Below the pieces are notes generated by a model. That model had not been told where the DNA came from, searched no databases, and saw only the letters and a list, made by a program, of their open reading frames with translations. Shown one piece after another: positions 50,311-62,515 of a stretch of 63,764 nt of DNA (positions are counted from its first letter, which is position 1; every line of letters starts with the position of its first letter). The stretch is from Chara braunii (taxonomy: Eukaryota; Plantae; Charophyceae), in the NCBI GenBank assembly GCA_003427395.1, contig BFEA01000012.1, positions 409,812-473,575 on the forward strand, in the 5' to 3' direction. The position numbers and the translations under genes were made by a program.

Positions 50311-52362
50311 GTGCAGGAGGCTAGACCACAGCTTTTGGATCACGAGTGCCAATCTGCTACGTGGAAATACTCTTAGATCCTGCCAAGAGAACGAGCAGCC
50401 TCAACCGCATTGCCTTTTTCAAAAGCATAGGTGCCACAGCTCAAACTCGTGAGTATCGATTTGAACGATATTGACTTGTTATGCAGCCTGGATATCAGGC
50501 AAATAACAATGACGAGTAAGGGGCGACTGACAATGCCTCACTGAGTTGTATGCCGCCACGCCAACAGAGGTCACTGGCCGCAGATGGAGCGGCAATAATG
50601 CGAGCTGCTGGGGGAAATTTTGATAATTACGTTACCCTTCATCACCATCATCTCAATATTCTCATGCCCCGTCTTCTCCCATCAACACTCTCGGCTAGCA
50701 GGGCAGCAAGGAGAGAGGAAGTGACCAGCGGTCTGGCGGGTTTACGCAACGAAAGGGAATAACTGCATTCAGGCTCTTAATTCTTGAGTATTCTGTTTGG
50801 TTTGGCTGTTGAAAGCTCTATGAAGTACAGCCTCTTACTCAACTGTCCGCATTGATTAATAGGAATATCTCTCTTCAGTGTCGAGTTTGTTGAGAGTCTG
50901 ATCTGGTGTGTCGCAGCATATTTGCCAGAGTGGCTACTGGTTACAAAACATCCTCCAGTTCATGTGCCGCGGACGCGAACTCGATACTTCGCAAGGTATA
51001 CCCCCCCCTTTTAGGAGTTACTGATGCAACTAGAAGAAAGTCTGTCGGATTATACTACCACGCTGTCCGGCCAGCTCAATATGGATCATTTGAGAGGCTT
51101 TTCCCAGGCGTAGCAAAACTAGTGGTGATTGTCCCCACGGATTGATGATTGATATCTGAGTAGCAGTCACAGAGCACCTCTTGCAACCCGCTATGATCAC
51201 TGAGGCTCGATTCCGGATAGTAGGCCCTGCTAGAGTATTACACAGATCAAGGTTTCGAAGGTCTGAGTGCAGAGCCTGACTGTAGGCTGAGCGATGAAGT
51301 TCGGGGCGCCTCGTGCACTGCACAAGAGTCCCGCAGACGGGGGCTCGAGGTGTACTCTCTCATTCGTGCAGAGTCCTACATGACTAGCCCTCCCTCACCC
51401 ATTACATTGCCTTTGGAGTACTCTCTCATTCGTGCAGAGTCCTACATGACTAGCCCTCCCTCACCCATTACATTGCCTTCGGAGATCGGTGTCTGAACCC
51501 CTTTTGCAAAGATAATCCCAAACATCTAGCCAGGTTCACCAGCAGTTTTGGCTTGGAGCAAAGGCCATGCTCTAGGCTTGCCTACACCAAACGTCCCCTT
51601 TTCTCCCTTCCTTTTTACTCTCCTTTCCAATCCAGATAGTCCCATTAGATGGTAAGGAGGGTTTAACTAGGCTTGACTCTGAGCACGTTGAGGCATACGG
51701 TTGGACTACCAAGCAATCTAGCTGCAGAAAGGAAATTACCCAGCTCAGCATTCGTCGATACACCTTTCTCTCCCTTATCCAGTACAAAGCTTATAGGACT
51801 TCTGACTTAGATTGCAATCAGAGTATCGCGAGTGGCACAGTTCTGGAGTACACTCGTTGAGTGCAGGTACTTCCTGGACTGATACTGTAGGAACGTTTCG
51901 ATATGACACACGGATGCACTACAGGCAAGCATGCCGCAAGGTCCTTAAAAAAAAACAAAGAAAAGAGAAGAGGAAAACGGAGAAAGGCACGCTCAGACTC
52001 TGCTTTAATTAAGTCTGGGTTCAACGTGAAGAGAAGATCACTAAGAGTAGTGGAACAATTAATTAACACTCCCTTCGTGCTGGCCGTGTTTAAACTCAGG
52101 TTCCATCCGGACGAGCGAACAGTCAATCCCCGTCAAGCAAAAACTTAGCAAGAAAAAAGGACAGCTTCTTTTTCCCCATTTACTCGTAAAGATTGGAGTC
52201 ATAAAACGTGACCAGAAGGGTTACCACTGTACTCTCCTTGGCACCTGATCCCACTTCTTCATTTGTGAACCTCTTATGCCTAACAAGGAGGCTAATTACT
52301 AGGTCAGGGCTTAGCTTACCCAGCTCACCAAGCAAAATACTAGACCATGTTTGCTCAGCCAA
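50311..52362 (-). pseudogene. Heavily decayed accessory-ORF region (right flank), possibly continuous with 26587-28321
   Basis: ORF 52362-52180 ends VVTLLVTFYDSNLYE (compare VYVLVVKFVETGEYD). The minus frame ending at 50311 reads IQKLWSSLLH (compare PTEFWSTLDR in ORF C). Confidence 0.35.
51353..51484. repeat. 66-bp tandem duplication
   Basis: TACTCTCTCATTCGTGCAGAGTCC... at 51353 and 51419. Confidence 0.95.
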
Positions 52363-52875
52363 ATACTAGACTGTGCGGGGTAACATAGCACTCCTTCACC
52401 CTCCCCCCCCATACACGACATATCAACCAAGGAAAGGGCACCCGGAGAGGGAAAGGGATCCGGCAAATCACACGGGTAGTGCATCGGGATTCCTCCATCA
52501 ATCTTGGTCCATTGATAGAAGATCAGTTGTAGTCCCGAGTGGGGTTTGGCCAGTCGTCTACCTGCCCACCGGCCCACTCCACCTTGGCCATCCACACCCC
52601 CCCACCTCGTTGTTTCCCTCCCAGCCAGTCTTGACTCTACTGTATTGTTGAATATTCTTTTCGAATTCCCTTCTGTTTTTGCATTCGGGCCTTCCCCCCC
52701 CGGCCTTGTTTCCCTCCCAGCCACTCTTGACTATACTTTTGGATATCCGATTTTGCATGTAGCGTTGACAGTTTTTTCTTTCGCTTTGTTCCATTGATAA
52801 GTCAAGTCCATTTCAATCTGCTGGTTAATTCCTTCCGTGTACTCCGGGCCTGCTACTCCTTTTTCTTTGTCTTAT

Positions 52876-53350
52876 TAATGTTTCAAACGGCCACGCGCTT
52901 GAGATATCATCATTGAATCTCGACCGGCCCCGGGTAACTCAGACTGATCTTATTATTCTGTTCATACGATTTGCATCCGGATTCGAACTCGGGTCTGCAT
53001 TTCAACAGTTCATGGTACTCCTTGTTCTCTCTCTCTCTCTCTCTTTTTTTTTTTTGATGTTTGAAACGGCGACGGGCTTGAGATATGATCATTGAACCGC
53101 CCCGGCCGCCCCTACGTGACTCGGAATAATCTTATTGTGTTCGTATGACATCTGGATTGGGACTCAGGTACGCATTTCAACAGTTCCTGGTACTCATTTT
53201 TCTCTTTTTTTTTAATGTTTGAAACGGCGACGGGCTTGAAATATGACCATAGTGAACCGATCGCCCCCAGGTGACCCAGAATGATCTTATTGTGTTCGTA
53301 TGATTTGCATCTGGATTGGAACTCAGGCGGGCATTTCAACAGCTCATGGG
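52876..53350. repeat. Three diverged tandem units of about 160-180 bp
   Basis: ATGTTTSAAACGGC...CTTGARATATSA...GCATTTCAACAG recurs at about 52878, 53057 and 53215. Confidence 0.85.
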
Positions 53351-55747
53351 TGTACCAGCTGAGCTACCGGGTCTTCAACCGAACAGAATGCCCGCTCATT
53401 GCAGCTGTATTTGGGTCAATGATCACTCTACAGTAGGCACAGCGATAATGACCGGGCGTTATCTCGATTTTTTTTTGTTTATCTCGAAATTTCTGAGGCA
53501 GGCAACTGGGACAACTTCTGAAGGAAACATAACCGGGTCTGTAGAAGGATCTTGTAATTCCGACAGCGGGGATTTTTTTTCGACGTAAAACTTCTTTTTG
53601 TTTGTTTGTTTTTGGACGTAGACTTCGTAAGACGCAATCGGACAGAGCAGTCCCTAAGATCTAATATCTGCAACTCGCATATTACTATGTGTTGCGTGTC
53701 GGTGATTTCGGCTTTCCTCGTGGACGATCTCGGCTCCTATCTCGCTTCTCCGATCAATCGACTCATCAAATGTGCAAACTCAAGAATGGATCGCTAGAAC
53801 ATGGACAGACACACGGCCACAGTTTCTGTCTTATGTGCATCAGGTGAGTGCTGGAGCGAGGCCCTTAGACACTAATCGCTTATGTAGGCTGGGTGAGCGG
53901 AGAAAAGGGGGCGGCGCAGTGGCTGGCTCACAGTGCTCAGCCGGGGATCGCAACCGGGAAGGCTTAGTCTAGGGCAGAAGAATAGCCAGGGAGACGTAGC
54001 CTATTCTCAAACTGCCTATTCTTCTACGATTGTGCAATCCCCGCAACAAACGAGCTTGAGAATCGTTGCTCAAGCTCGAGAATCGTTTCTCAAGCTCGTT
54101 TATCGCAGTTCTCTTTTGTCAATACGGCAGTCTCATTAGTAACGCTGTGTCGCCCTTCGGGACATCACAGCCGTTAAAACTAGAGCGATACCGAGATGAT
54201 TAGCATGGCCCCTGCGCGAGGTTGCCATTGCATCAATCGAGAAATGGTCCAAAAAAAAAAAAAAAAGAGGATACAAAAGGGAAAAGAGGAGGGAGGGGGG
54301 GAGAGGAGATAAAGAAAAGAAAAAAACAAATAATAATAGTAATAATAAAGTTTTGTCCGATCTCTGTGTCCGATCTTATCTGAACTACGATCTTTTGATC
54401 GCACGTGTGTGACATCTCACCCCACAGTGATCAGCACTAGCATCGCTGGTGTTCCCCGACCGGCAAGGCGGCGCCTGCCCATCCCCACGTTACCTTGCCA
54501 TCCCCACATTACCTTGATGAGGGCTAAGCAGAGCTTCGCTCTCAAACCCCCAAGACTAAGTTGCAAACGTACCCCGATGAATTAGGTTCGGGGGAGAGAG
54601 AGAGGAGTTAGTGGGCGCTCCCGTCGGAGGCCTGGTAGTGTGCACACAGGAGAGAGATTAACAGAAGAGCAAATGAGAAACGAAGCCAGAAAAAAAAAAG
54701 AAAATGAAGAAGTGCAGCGATGATGAGGTNNNNNNNNNNNNNNNNNNNNNNNNNNNNNNNNNNNNNNNNNNNNNNNNNNNNNNNNNNNNNNNNNNNNNNN
54801 NNNNNNNNNNNNNNNNNNNNNNNNNNNNNNNNNNNNNNNNNNNNNNNNNNNNNNNNNNNNNNNNNNNNNNNNNNNNNNNNNNNNNNNNNNNNNNNNNNNN
54901 NNNNNGGGGGGGGGCGGAGAACCTCTTTTGTCATTGTGTATGAGTTTCAGTAAGAAGAAAAAGTCGCCGGCTTCTTTTAACTTCTTTTTTTTTGGGGGGG
55001 GAGGGGGGGCCAGGAAATGAAAAATCGCCAGCAGGGGGCATTAAAAGTCTTCTCGTAATTCGGTCCTTCTCCACACGAAGAGTCTAGTACTATGTAATCC
55101 ATAAATAAGGAGAACTTTAATTAACACGAAAGAAGAGAAGAGAGAACAACAAACAACAACAGGAAAACAAAACTGACGACGACAAAGAAGAAGAAAGCCG
55201 GAGGAGGAGGAGGAGAAGGACAACGCAGGGGGAGGAGAAGGAGAACGCAGGAGGAGCAGGAGAAGAAGAGAGCAGGAGACAGGAGGCGGAGGAGAAGAAG
55301 AAGAAGAAGAACAAGAAGAAGAAGAACAAGAAGAAGAAGAACAAGAAGAAGAAGAAGAAGAAGAAGAAGAAGAAGAAGAATAGTGAAAACAGTGGCCATA
55401 GACTGCTTCTCGTACAAGCATGGCCATAGATTTACACTACTTTTCCGCATGTACTGTTTCCCAGGATGAAACGCGCATTGCCCTCCCCCGGCACTCATCA
55501 GGGGGATTCTCCCGAAATCGCCTTGCGGCAGACCTTGGGTTTCTCGAGGATAGATCTGCCGGGGATGATTCCAATCCCGGTAATACGCATTTTTTACCGT
55601 CGATTGCTATGATGAATGGTCAGAAACGCCTAACTAAGTCCTGCAGATAAAAACCGTGGCCCCGCTGTCAATCAAAAGGCTGCGGCGTCATTATGTGTTC
55701 AACTGGGAATAATGCGCTAAATTAAATTCGAAAAGAGAAAAAAGACG

Positions 55748-56024
55748 TTTAGCTTCGACTGGGGGGGAACCCGGGGGGGGCGGGGGGGAGGGGGGGATGA
55801 ACGGACTGATTTGGCTTCACCTGAAGGCCGATCCGTGATCCCCTTCCCCCCAACAAAACTTGATCTTTAGCTTCGACTGGAGTGAATCACTGAGGGCGGG
55901 GGGGNTTTAGCTTCGACTGGAGTGAATCACTGAGGGCGGGGGGGAGGGGGGGATGAACGGACTGATTTGGCTTCACCTGAAGGCCGATCCGTGATCCCCT
56001 TCCCCCCAAAAAAACTTGATCTTT
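55748..56024. repeat. Tandem duplication with G-runs
   Basis: TTTAGCTTCGACTGG occurs three times and GATGAACGGACTGATTTGGCTTCACCTGAAGGCCGATCCG twice. Confidence 0.85.
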
Positions 56025-56164
56025 CCATTACCGGAACAATCCAGTCCGGATTTATTGCCTATTTGTATTCCTGGTTACTGAATCCGATTAGAAATCGCGC
56101 CCGGCTTTGACGCAGACGGTCCAAAAAAAAAAAAAAAACAGATGAAATTGATGAAGTGAATATT

Positions 56165-56213
<49 letters not shown>

Positions 56214-56366
56214 CCTGCTAAGTTTGCCGGGATAGTGTGAGCGAAGTCTAACACTTTTCTCTCTCTCTAAAGTGGGTCTCGCTAAATCTGGGCGACATGG
56301 TAGAGTCCTTATCCATGAGGCAGTCAAATGCACACCCTGGGCACACTGCTGGGATTCAACCTTCTC

Positions 56367-56624
56367 CTGATCAGTCGGTGAAAGTCCGACGAAACAGTCC
56401 GGCACAGCCATGCTTTTTGGGGTGGAGTTGCCCATTCCAAACATAACAACACACAAAAAAAAAAGCACACCCAGACACACACACGTGTCACGCACAGGTT
56501 GAAAGTCCGACGAAACCGTCTGGCACGGTCATGCTTTCTTTTGTGGAGTTGGGTCTAGCGAACACGACAACACACACCGTCCTGATGAGTGGGTAAGAGT
56601 CCGACGAAAACGTCGGGCACAGTC
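56367..56624 (+). ncRNA. Three tandem degenerate hammerhead-ribozyme-like motifs
   Basis: Copy 1: CTGATCA-GTCGG..CCGAC-GAAA (56367). Copy 2: CCGAC-GAA-ACCGT ctggc ACGGT-C (56507-56530). Copy 3: CTGATGA-GTGGG..CCGAC-GAAA...GTC (56582). Stem I is not evident. Confidence 0.5.
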
Positions 56625-56784
56625 GTACTTATTTGTGTAGTTGTGTGCAGCCAAAATGACACCACACACTCACAAAATAATAAGAATAATGATAACAACA
56701 ACAACAACAACAACAACAAAAAGAAAAAACATAAACGAGGAAGATCGACACACGATAGGTAACGAAAAAGAAAACCCCCACTAG

Positions 56785-56865
56785 AATCTGGACGTGTTTG
56801 TGGAGAGGTGCCGTTGAGGAAACTCGACGAGATTTTCTGCACATCTCCACAAACACGTCCAGATT
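56785..56865. other. Near-perfect 27-bp-arm hairpin
   Basis: AATCTGGACGTGTTTGTGGAGAGGTGC pairs with GCACATCTCCACAAACACGTCCAGATT at 26/27 positions. Confidence 0.9.
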
Positions 56866-58160
56866 AGGGCGTTGAGGCAACTTAACGCTGCTACCAGTGG
56901 GACGAGCATGAGGAAACTCGACGCTGCTACCGTTGTGGGACTCAGCACCGGGAAGGGGCGGGGTTTGGGGGGGGGGGGGAAAGACACAGGAATTCAAAAC
57001 AAAAACCGGAAGTATTGGAGGTGATTCAACATCGTCTGCCGGTGGGTTAGACGATCACGATCAATGATTGGTGGGGAGGGAGGACAAGCAGCAGGGACAG
57101 TCGATCGCGAGAGTGGAAGAACTTACGCTGGGTCTGGCCCTGAACACGGGATTGCGTGAGCAGGAGAAGAAGCAAGAGCAGCAGCGACATAGCCAAGTGT
57201 CGCGTGCCGAAACAGCTACCAATAGAGAAGACAAAGAGTCGGGACGTGTCAGCTCCCTCCATCTTCGCCGCCATCGCCAACGAAAAACAGGCAAAGGTAC
57301 CCCAGAAGGTCACCAAGCGCGACTCGGAAAATGCCGAACTGAACGAAAGCAACACAAACAGGAGGATCGCTCTGTCGCTCTCCCTAGCACCCTCGCCCAG
57401 GCGTCCGGGCCTCACGCCCCTCGTACACCTGTCCACCTTTCTGGCCTTCCAACCGCTGTCTCTCTCTAGTGCCCACGCGTCAAAGCGTCAAGGCGTCAAG
57501 GCGTCAAGGAGGGCGTCAAGGTGTCGCGCGGTCACACTCGCCCCCCTAGCATTCTGTCGTTGCCACTGACAGCGGCACCCGCCCAGATTCTCTAGCACAT
57601 AGTCAAGTGCGCACCCGCACGTCGCACAGTCTGGTCGCCCACCTTTCTTTGCCGCCTCTGCGCTGGGTTCCGGCCTCGTTCCTCTTGGGGGCGCTTCGTC
57701 AGCCACCAGCGTTCCCTCCCGTCTGAGCTGTACGGAGGCACTGGCGGTGCGAGTTTTCAGACGCCATTAGACGATGAATGACAGCATACTCAGGGCATCG
57801 GCACACCACTCCCGAAACCTGCAAAATGAGAATGGACTTCCCCCTAGAACATGGCCAGATGCAACTGCCACATTTTTGTCTTTTTCAGATTTTCGAGAGT
57901 GGTGTGGTGCGGTGAGGCCCTCACAATAGCACTTTTCTAAATGTATCTGACGTCAATTACACTCGAACACGGACGAATCTGACCGCAGTGGCGTCCAGAG
58001 ATGACGAGTCTCGAAAAACACACACGTCGACAAGTAGCCGGAGACTGACCGCACTTACCTACGTCGAATCTTGATTTCTGGCCGACGATCTTTGTGATCT
58101 ACGGTCGGTAATCGAGCATTCGGGTAAATGGCGCTTGGCCCCCAACGGCAAGTCGCCGAC

Positions 58161-58591
58161 TTTTCAATGACCTTCTCTGTATGGAGATGAGCCCTTGTCT
58201 TCGCAGCGCCATTTCAGCAATGGAAAACAATAAAAAATAAAAAATAAACGAAAAAATAAGAAACATTTGCAAAATGCCCCTGATTTTTCCGTTTATTTGC
58301 GATTTGCCTTCGTATGGCCGACTTTCTGATTTGTCCCTCTGACAACGACTCAAGTTTCTAGAAAACCCCTTTTCAATGACCTTCTCTGTATGGAGATGAG
58401 CCCTTGTCAATGCTTTCGCGGGGCCCTTTCAGCAATTCAAAAACAAAAACAAAAACAAAAAAAACAAAAAAAAAACATAAAGGAAATTGCAAAATGCCCC
58501 TGAATTTTCCGTTTATTTGCGATTTGCCTTCGTACGGCCTACTTGTCCTGATTTGTCCTTCTGACAACGACTCAAGTTTCTAGAAAACCCC
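58161..58591. repeat. Tandem duplication of about 210 bp
   Basis: TTTTCAATGACCTTCTCTGTATGGAGATGAGCCCTTGTC at 58161 and 58370. Confidence 0.9.
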
Positions 58592-58801
58592 TAGCGTCAA
58601 CTAGGCCTGAAATATGTTCAATATGCCCCTACCGGTACTTTCGCCAAATTTTCAGAATCCCCCTACCTGTTGAAGTTTGACAACAGTCGTCAGAACAGGC
58701 CACAATATGCAACAAAACACAACGTCAACACCGACTGTGGACAAAGGAGGAAGAGGAGGAGAAGAAGAAAAATAGAAGAAGGAGAAGAAGAAGAAAAAAA
58801 A

Positions 58802-58834
<33 letters not shown>

Positions 58835-58972
58835 CAAGGCGAAGAAGAAGAAGAAGAAAAAAGAAAAAAAAAAAAAAAAGAGGTAAAGGAGAAGGAATAC
58901 GCCAGTTTGAAAAAAAATCCCCGAGCGCGACTGTTTTATTTTTAAATAATAACATGAAGCTCACAGCGGCTT

Positions 58973-59020
58973 GACCCGACTAGTTTCGACTGCTCCGCCA
59001 AGCAGTCTTCATCAGGGGTC
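58973..59020 (-). ncRNA. Type I hammerhead ribozyme
   Basis: GACCC CUGAUGA A GACUGCUU GGCG GAGCAGUC GAA ACUAGU C GGGUC. Intact core, stems I and II, and a palindromic minimal stem III. Predicted cleavage between 58978 and 58977. Confidence 0.92.
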
Positions 59021-59588
59021 TTGAAAGAGTCGACGCAGGTAACTATCATTCGAAACTGTCGTAGTTATATAGGCAAAGTTAGTCTAGAAATCCTAAGAGT
59101 CAAAGTACTAGTACCAATTATGTGACTACTTCTTCAGAAAAGGACACTATATCGACTCCTGCAAACTACAACCACTTCTTTATTCGTCAACATCCGAGGT
59201 CCAACAAAAGAAAAAAAACAACAAACAAGATTCGAACCTTCAACCACTTCCCACCAAGTAACTTCATAAAACGTCCCGCCNACAAAAAAAATTACAAAAG
59301 CTTGAAGAATACGAAAAAGCAGTCCACTTTACCAAACGACATGTCCAAAAGAGATCCTAGATTTACTATTGCCACTTTGTCAAAAAATCAGAGCCGAAAC
59401 TTGGTAACGTCCTTGCGAAACGCATCTTCCTAAAAAACTTGTTCAGGTACTGTGTTCGACTCCACAGTACTAGCCGGTTCCAGTCCTAACAAAGGTCCCG
59501 TAGATTATACCCCTATGACCTGTGCAATTACAATCCAGTTCCAGTCCTAACCAAGGTCCCGTAGATAATATCCCTATGACCTACGCAA

Positions 59589-61763
59589 TTACATCCTCTT
59601 CCGAAACCACTTCTCCCAACCAGTCAGTATGGGTAACCATTGTTTCCAACAACCTCCAAATTTGTAAGAAAAGTAAACCACTGCCGAAGCAAAGTAATGA
59701 TCAGGATACCCTCGCCACCACAACTCACGCTTCAAGGAGAGGAGAAAGGCCAACTCTATGCCTGGAACAAAAGTAAATGAACGTGCGTGGTGTAGGAAAG
59801 ATATGATAACTGCCATCTTCTGCGTCTTGCCGGAGTAGGATACAAAATCCTGAATACTCTGGTAAACCAACCCGTCACTTCTCTGATTTTTGTGAGTACN
59901 AAAACAAGCAACTTGACCAGACGANGTGCAAATCTTAANTANGCAACCAATAAAATCCCACACATTACCCTCGTTGNTGCGNTCGAGAGTAAGATTCCTA
60001 TCATAACANCCTTCAAAGGACTGCANAATGGAAGAAGCCCTCAGACGAGACCGCTCATCACCACATCGATAACTAACAAAGAAGGAGACGTCATCGACAA
60101 TTCAGAATCCGTGCACCAATTTTCGATCTTCACCTAACGAACTTATAAACAAAAATTATGAAAAAGCACAAAGTAAGCAGGCTAAAGCAGGGCTTAGCCA
60201 AGTGGACTTGCCCATTGGAATGCCAACTGTCTACGTTAATAGTCGCCCCTTTGCCTTAATAAAAGTATTATCCAGATNAAATGAGACATATTGAAAGATT
60301 CAAGAAAAACAAACCAGAATCCAACCATCCTCTATTTTGNCTTTGGTCAACTTCGCCATCTTCCCATACTTACGAACCATAACCCCAAAATAGTTTTCCG
60401 TATCCCAATAATCTGTAACCCATCTCATTGCTCGCAAAATTGAANCATAGAGAAGATTGGAAAACATTTCCTTGACGTCGAAGGAGGCACCAAGAACAGT
60501 CTCTTCTTTGTCTTGCTGCATGTTCATCTTGCCAAGCCCAATCATTAAGTCGTTTGTACAATGTAAGTTGAAATGTAGATTATCCGGTAGTTTCCACAAC
60601 ATCTCATTAATTGCATATGCAATGCGCCTTCCACTGAGAGCAGAGCCTTCGGGATAAAATGGACAGATCGGGCGCTATCTGCCAACGTCCTTATGTTTCA
60701 GGATGCAATAGGCTTCGCCGATCTTAGCATCTGGATTCCATTTCCCGATAGAGTCAAACTTACTGAGAACAAAATTAGCCTTCACTTCCCCAATCACCAC
60801 CTCTTCAAATTTGTCANCAAGTAGGAAAGAAGGATTATCGAGGAACAACTTCTTCATACCTTGCGAGTAAACAACCGGGCAGCAGACAAAAATATCACCA
60901 AGGTTGTGGTCGACTGGCGAGCAAACCAACTTCTCCAAACTTCATTTCAAATCTCCAAGCTCATCAACAGAATGAGAATCCGGAAATTCAGAGGAAAGAG
61001 TAAGGCAGCAACGTAAGTCAGAACATAAGAGGTGACTGAAATCAAGAGTACATGAAAAATGATACGTATTAAAAGAATCAACGATATGCTTTCTCAAAAA
61101 CGGAAGAGGGTTATTGAGCGAAGATCGAAGCACATTCCGAGAATTGCGAATCCATGAAGGAAAGAAATCAATCTCACCAAAGCGAAAGGAGACATGTGGA
61201 TCAACTCGAGGAAAACGATCCTCCGCCGTACTGCAAGTACATTGAATACCACCTTCTCTAACAACCACTCGAAAGTTATGCAATGTATCACCTACGGTTG
61301 GATTCTTGCACCAGACCACCCNCATGCGACACATCATCATCCGCTTCCATCCTCTATGAATAGGTAAGGAGTCTATCAATTGGCTGCAGACCCTTCTTAT
61401 CTTAGTTTTGCACAACCGATGGTCATACTTGATCCTTATCACAAACCTTCGTCTAATAAGTAAATCGAATAAGGTCAAAATTCTTTTGGACAGAATTACC
61501 CTCAACCTGCTACGTGTTCTCTTTTCTTGAAACACACGACTTCCAGAGAAGGCCTGAATCAGTGAATCGAGACTCCATGCTGACAACTTCTTGCGACAAC
61601 GAGGATCACTCCATAACAACACTAAGAAAGGTTTCAACGACAAATGTTTCTGACAAAAAGGTACGATTGAAGAGAAAGTGAGAAAAATAACCACTTCTGA
61701 GACATCCTTTGTAAGATCGTAGGTGGTCAGTTTTGGAGTTGCAACAGACCATTGATGACCCAA
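59589..61763 (-). pseudogene. Penelope-type reverse transcriptase with linker and thumb
   Basis: AYCILKHKDVGR*RPICP, SFDVKEMFSNL, GIPMGKS, GF*IVDDVS (about 60090-60105) and RELWWRGYP. Confidence 0.88.
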
Positions 61764-61989
61764 AGCACCTCTTCAGCAACTTCCACCGGTCTTCTCGTAA
61801 CTCACCTCCACGACATAGAACAGAATAGGAGAAAATCTTCTGATCTACACAGTAGTTCAAAATACGCAATAAGCTAGTTGACAAGATTCCTACGGAAGAA
61901 TGAAATTGTACCAGTGATGAAGACCCAGGGAGAGACAAACTAGAATGAAAAGGAAAAGGAACCAATACTCCAACCTTCTTCTTCTTCCG

Positions 61990-62313
61990 CAACCTCTCTT
62001 GTTTCCCNGGACGTCTACGTCTCGAATTCCTCTTCGTATCCTTAGTATTCAGAGATGCGNTAAACAATTTAATAAAGAATTTCTCAGTTCCCAAACGGTC
62101 TTTCTCATAACAAAAACAAATTGGAATAATAGCAAAATTTTNGATACNGAATCTTCTCGTCCACCTGTACAACNGCTCATTACGACTACCTTTTTCAACA
62201 ACAGANTTACTATGCGATCTGTAAACGTGCTCCCNCCATCTGNCATCAGTACAACGACTAGAGCTACCAACATACATATGACGACACCAGGGTGAGACAA
62301 GTGCATACACCAC
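61990..62313 (-). pseudogene. GIY-YIG endonuclease domain
   Basis: VVYALVSPWCRHMYVGSS...RWxEH...EKFFIKLFxASLN. Confidence 0.88.
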
Positions 62314-62515
62314 AGCGCCACGATTACCAAATTCTCCATCGCAACCATTCCATCAACCACCAATGTGTCCAACGATTTTAGAAGCCCACGGGATGCAGCC
62401 AGCCAAAATCATTAAAATTACTACCAAATGAAAAAAGTCATTTAAAGACTTATCCCGCAACCACTGCACAGAAGATGACCCTAGCTTAGTACATGAATTA
62501 GCAATAGACCATAAC

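Noticed and set aside
55800-55996. Hammerhead in CGGACTGATTTGGCTTCACCTGAAGGCCGATCCG
   Set aside because: Lacks the CUGANGA and GAAA cores; it is only a simple hairpin.
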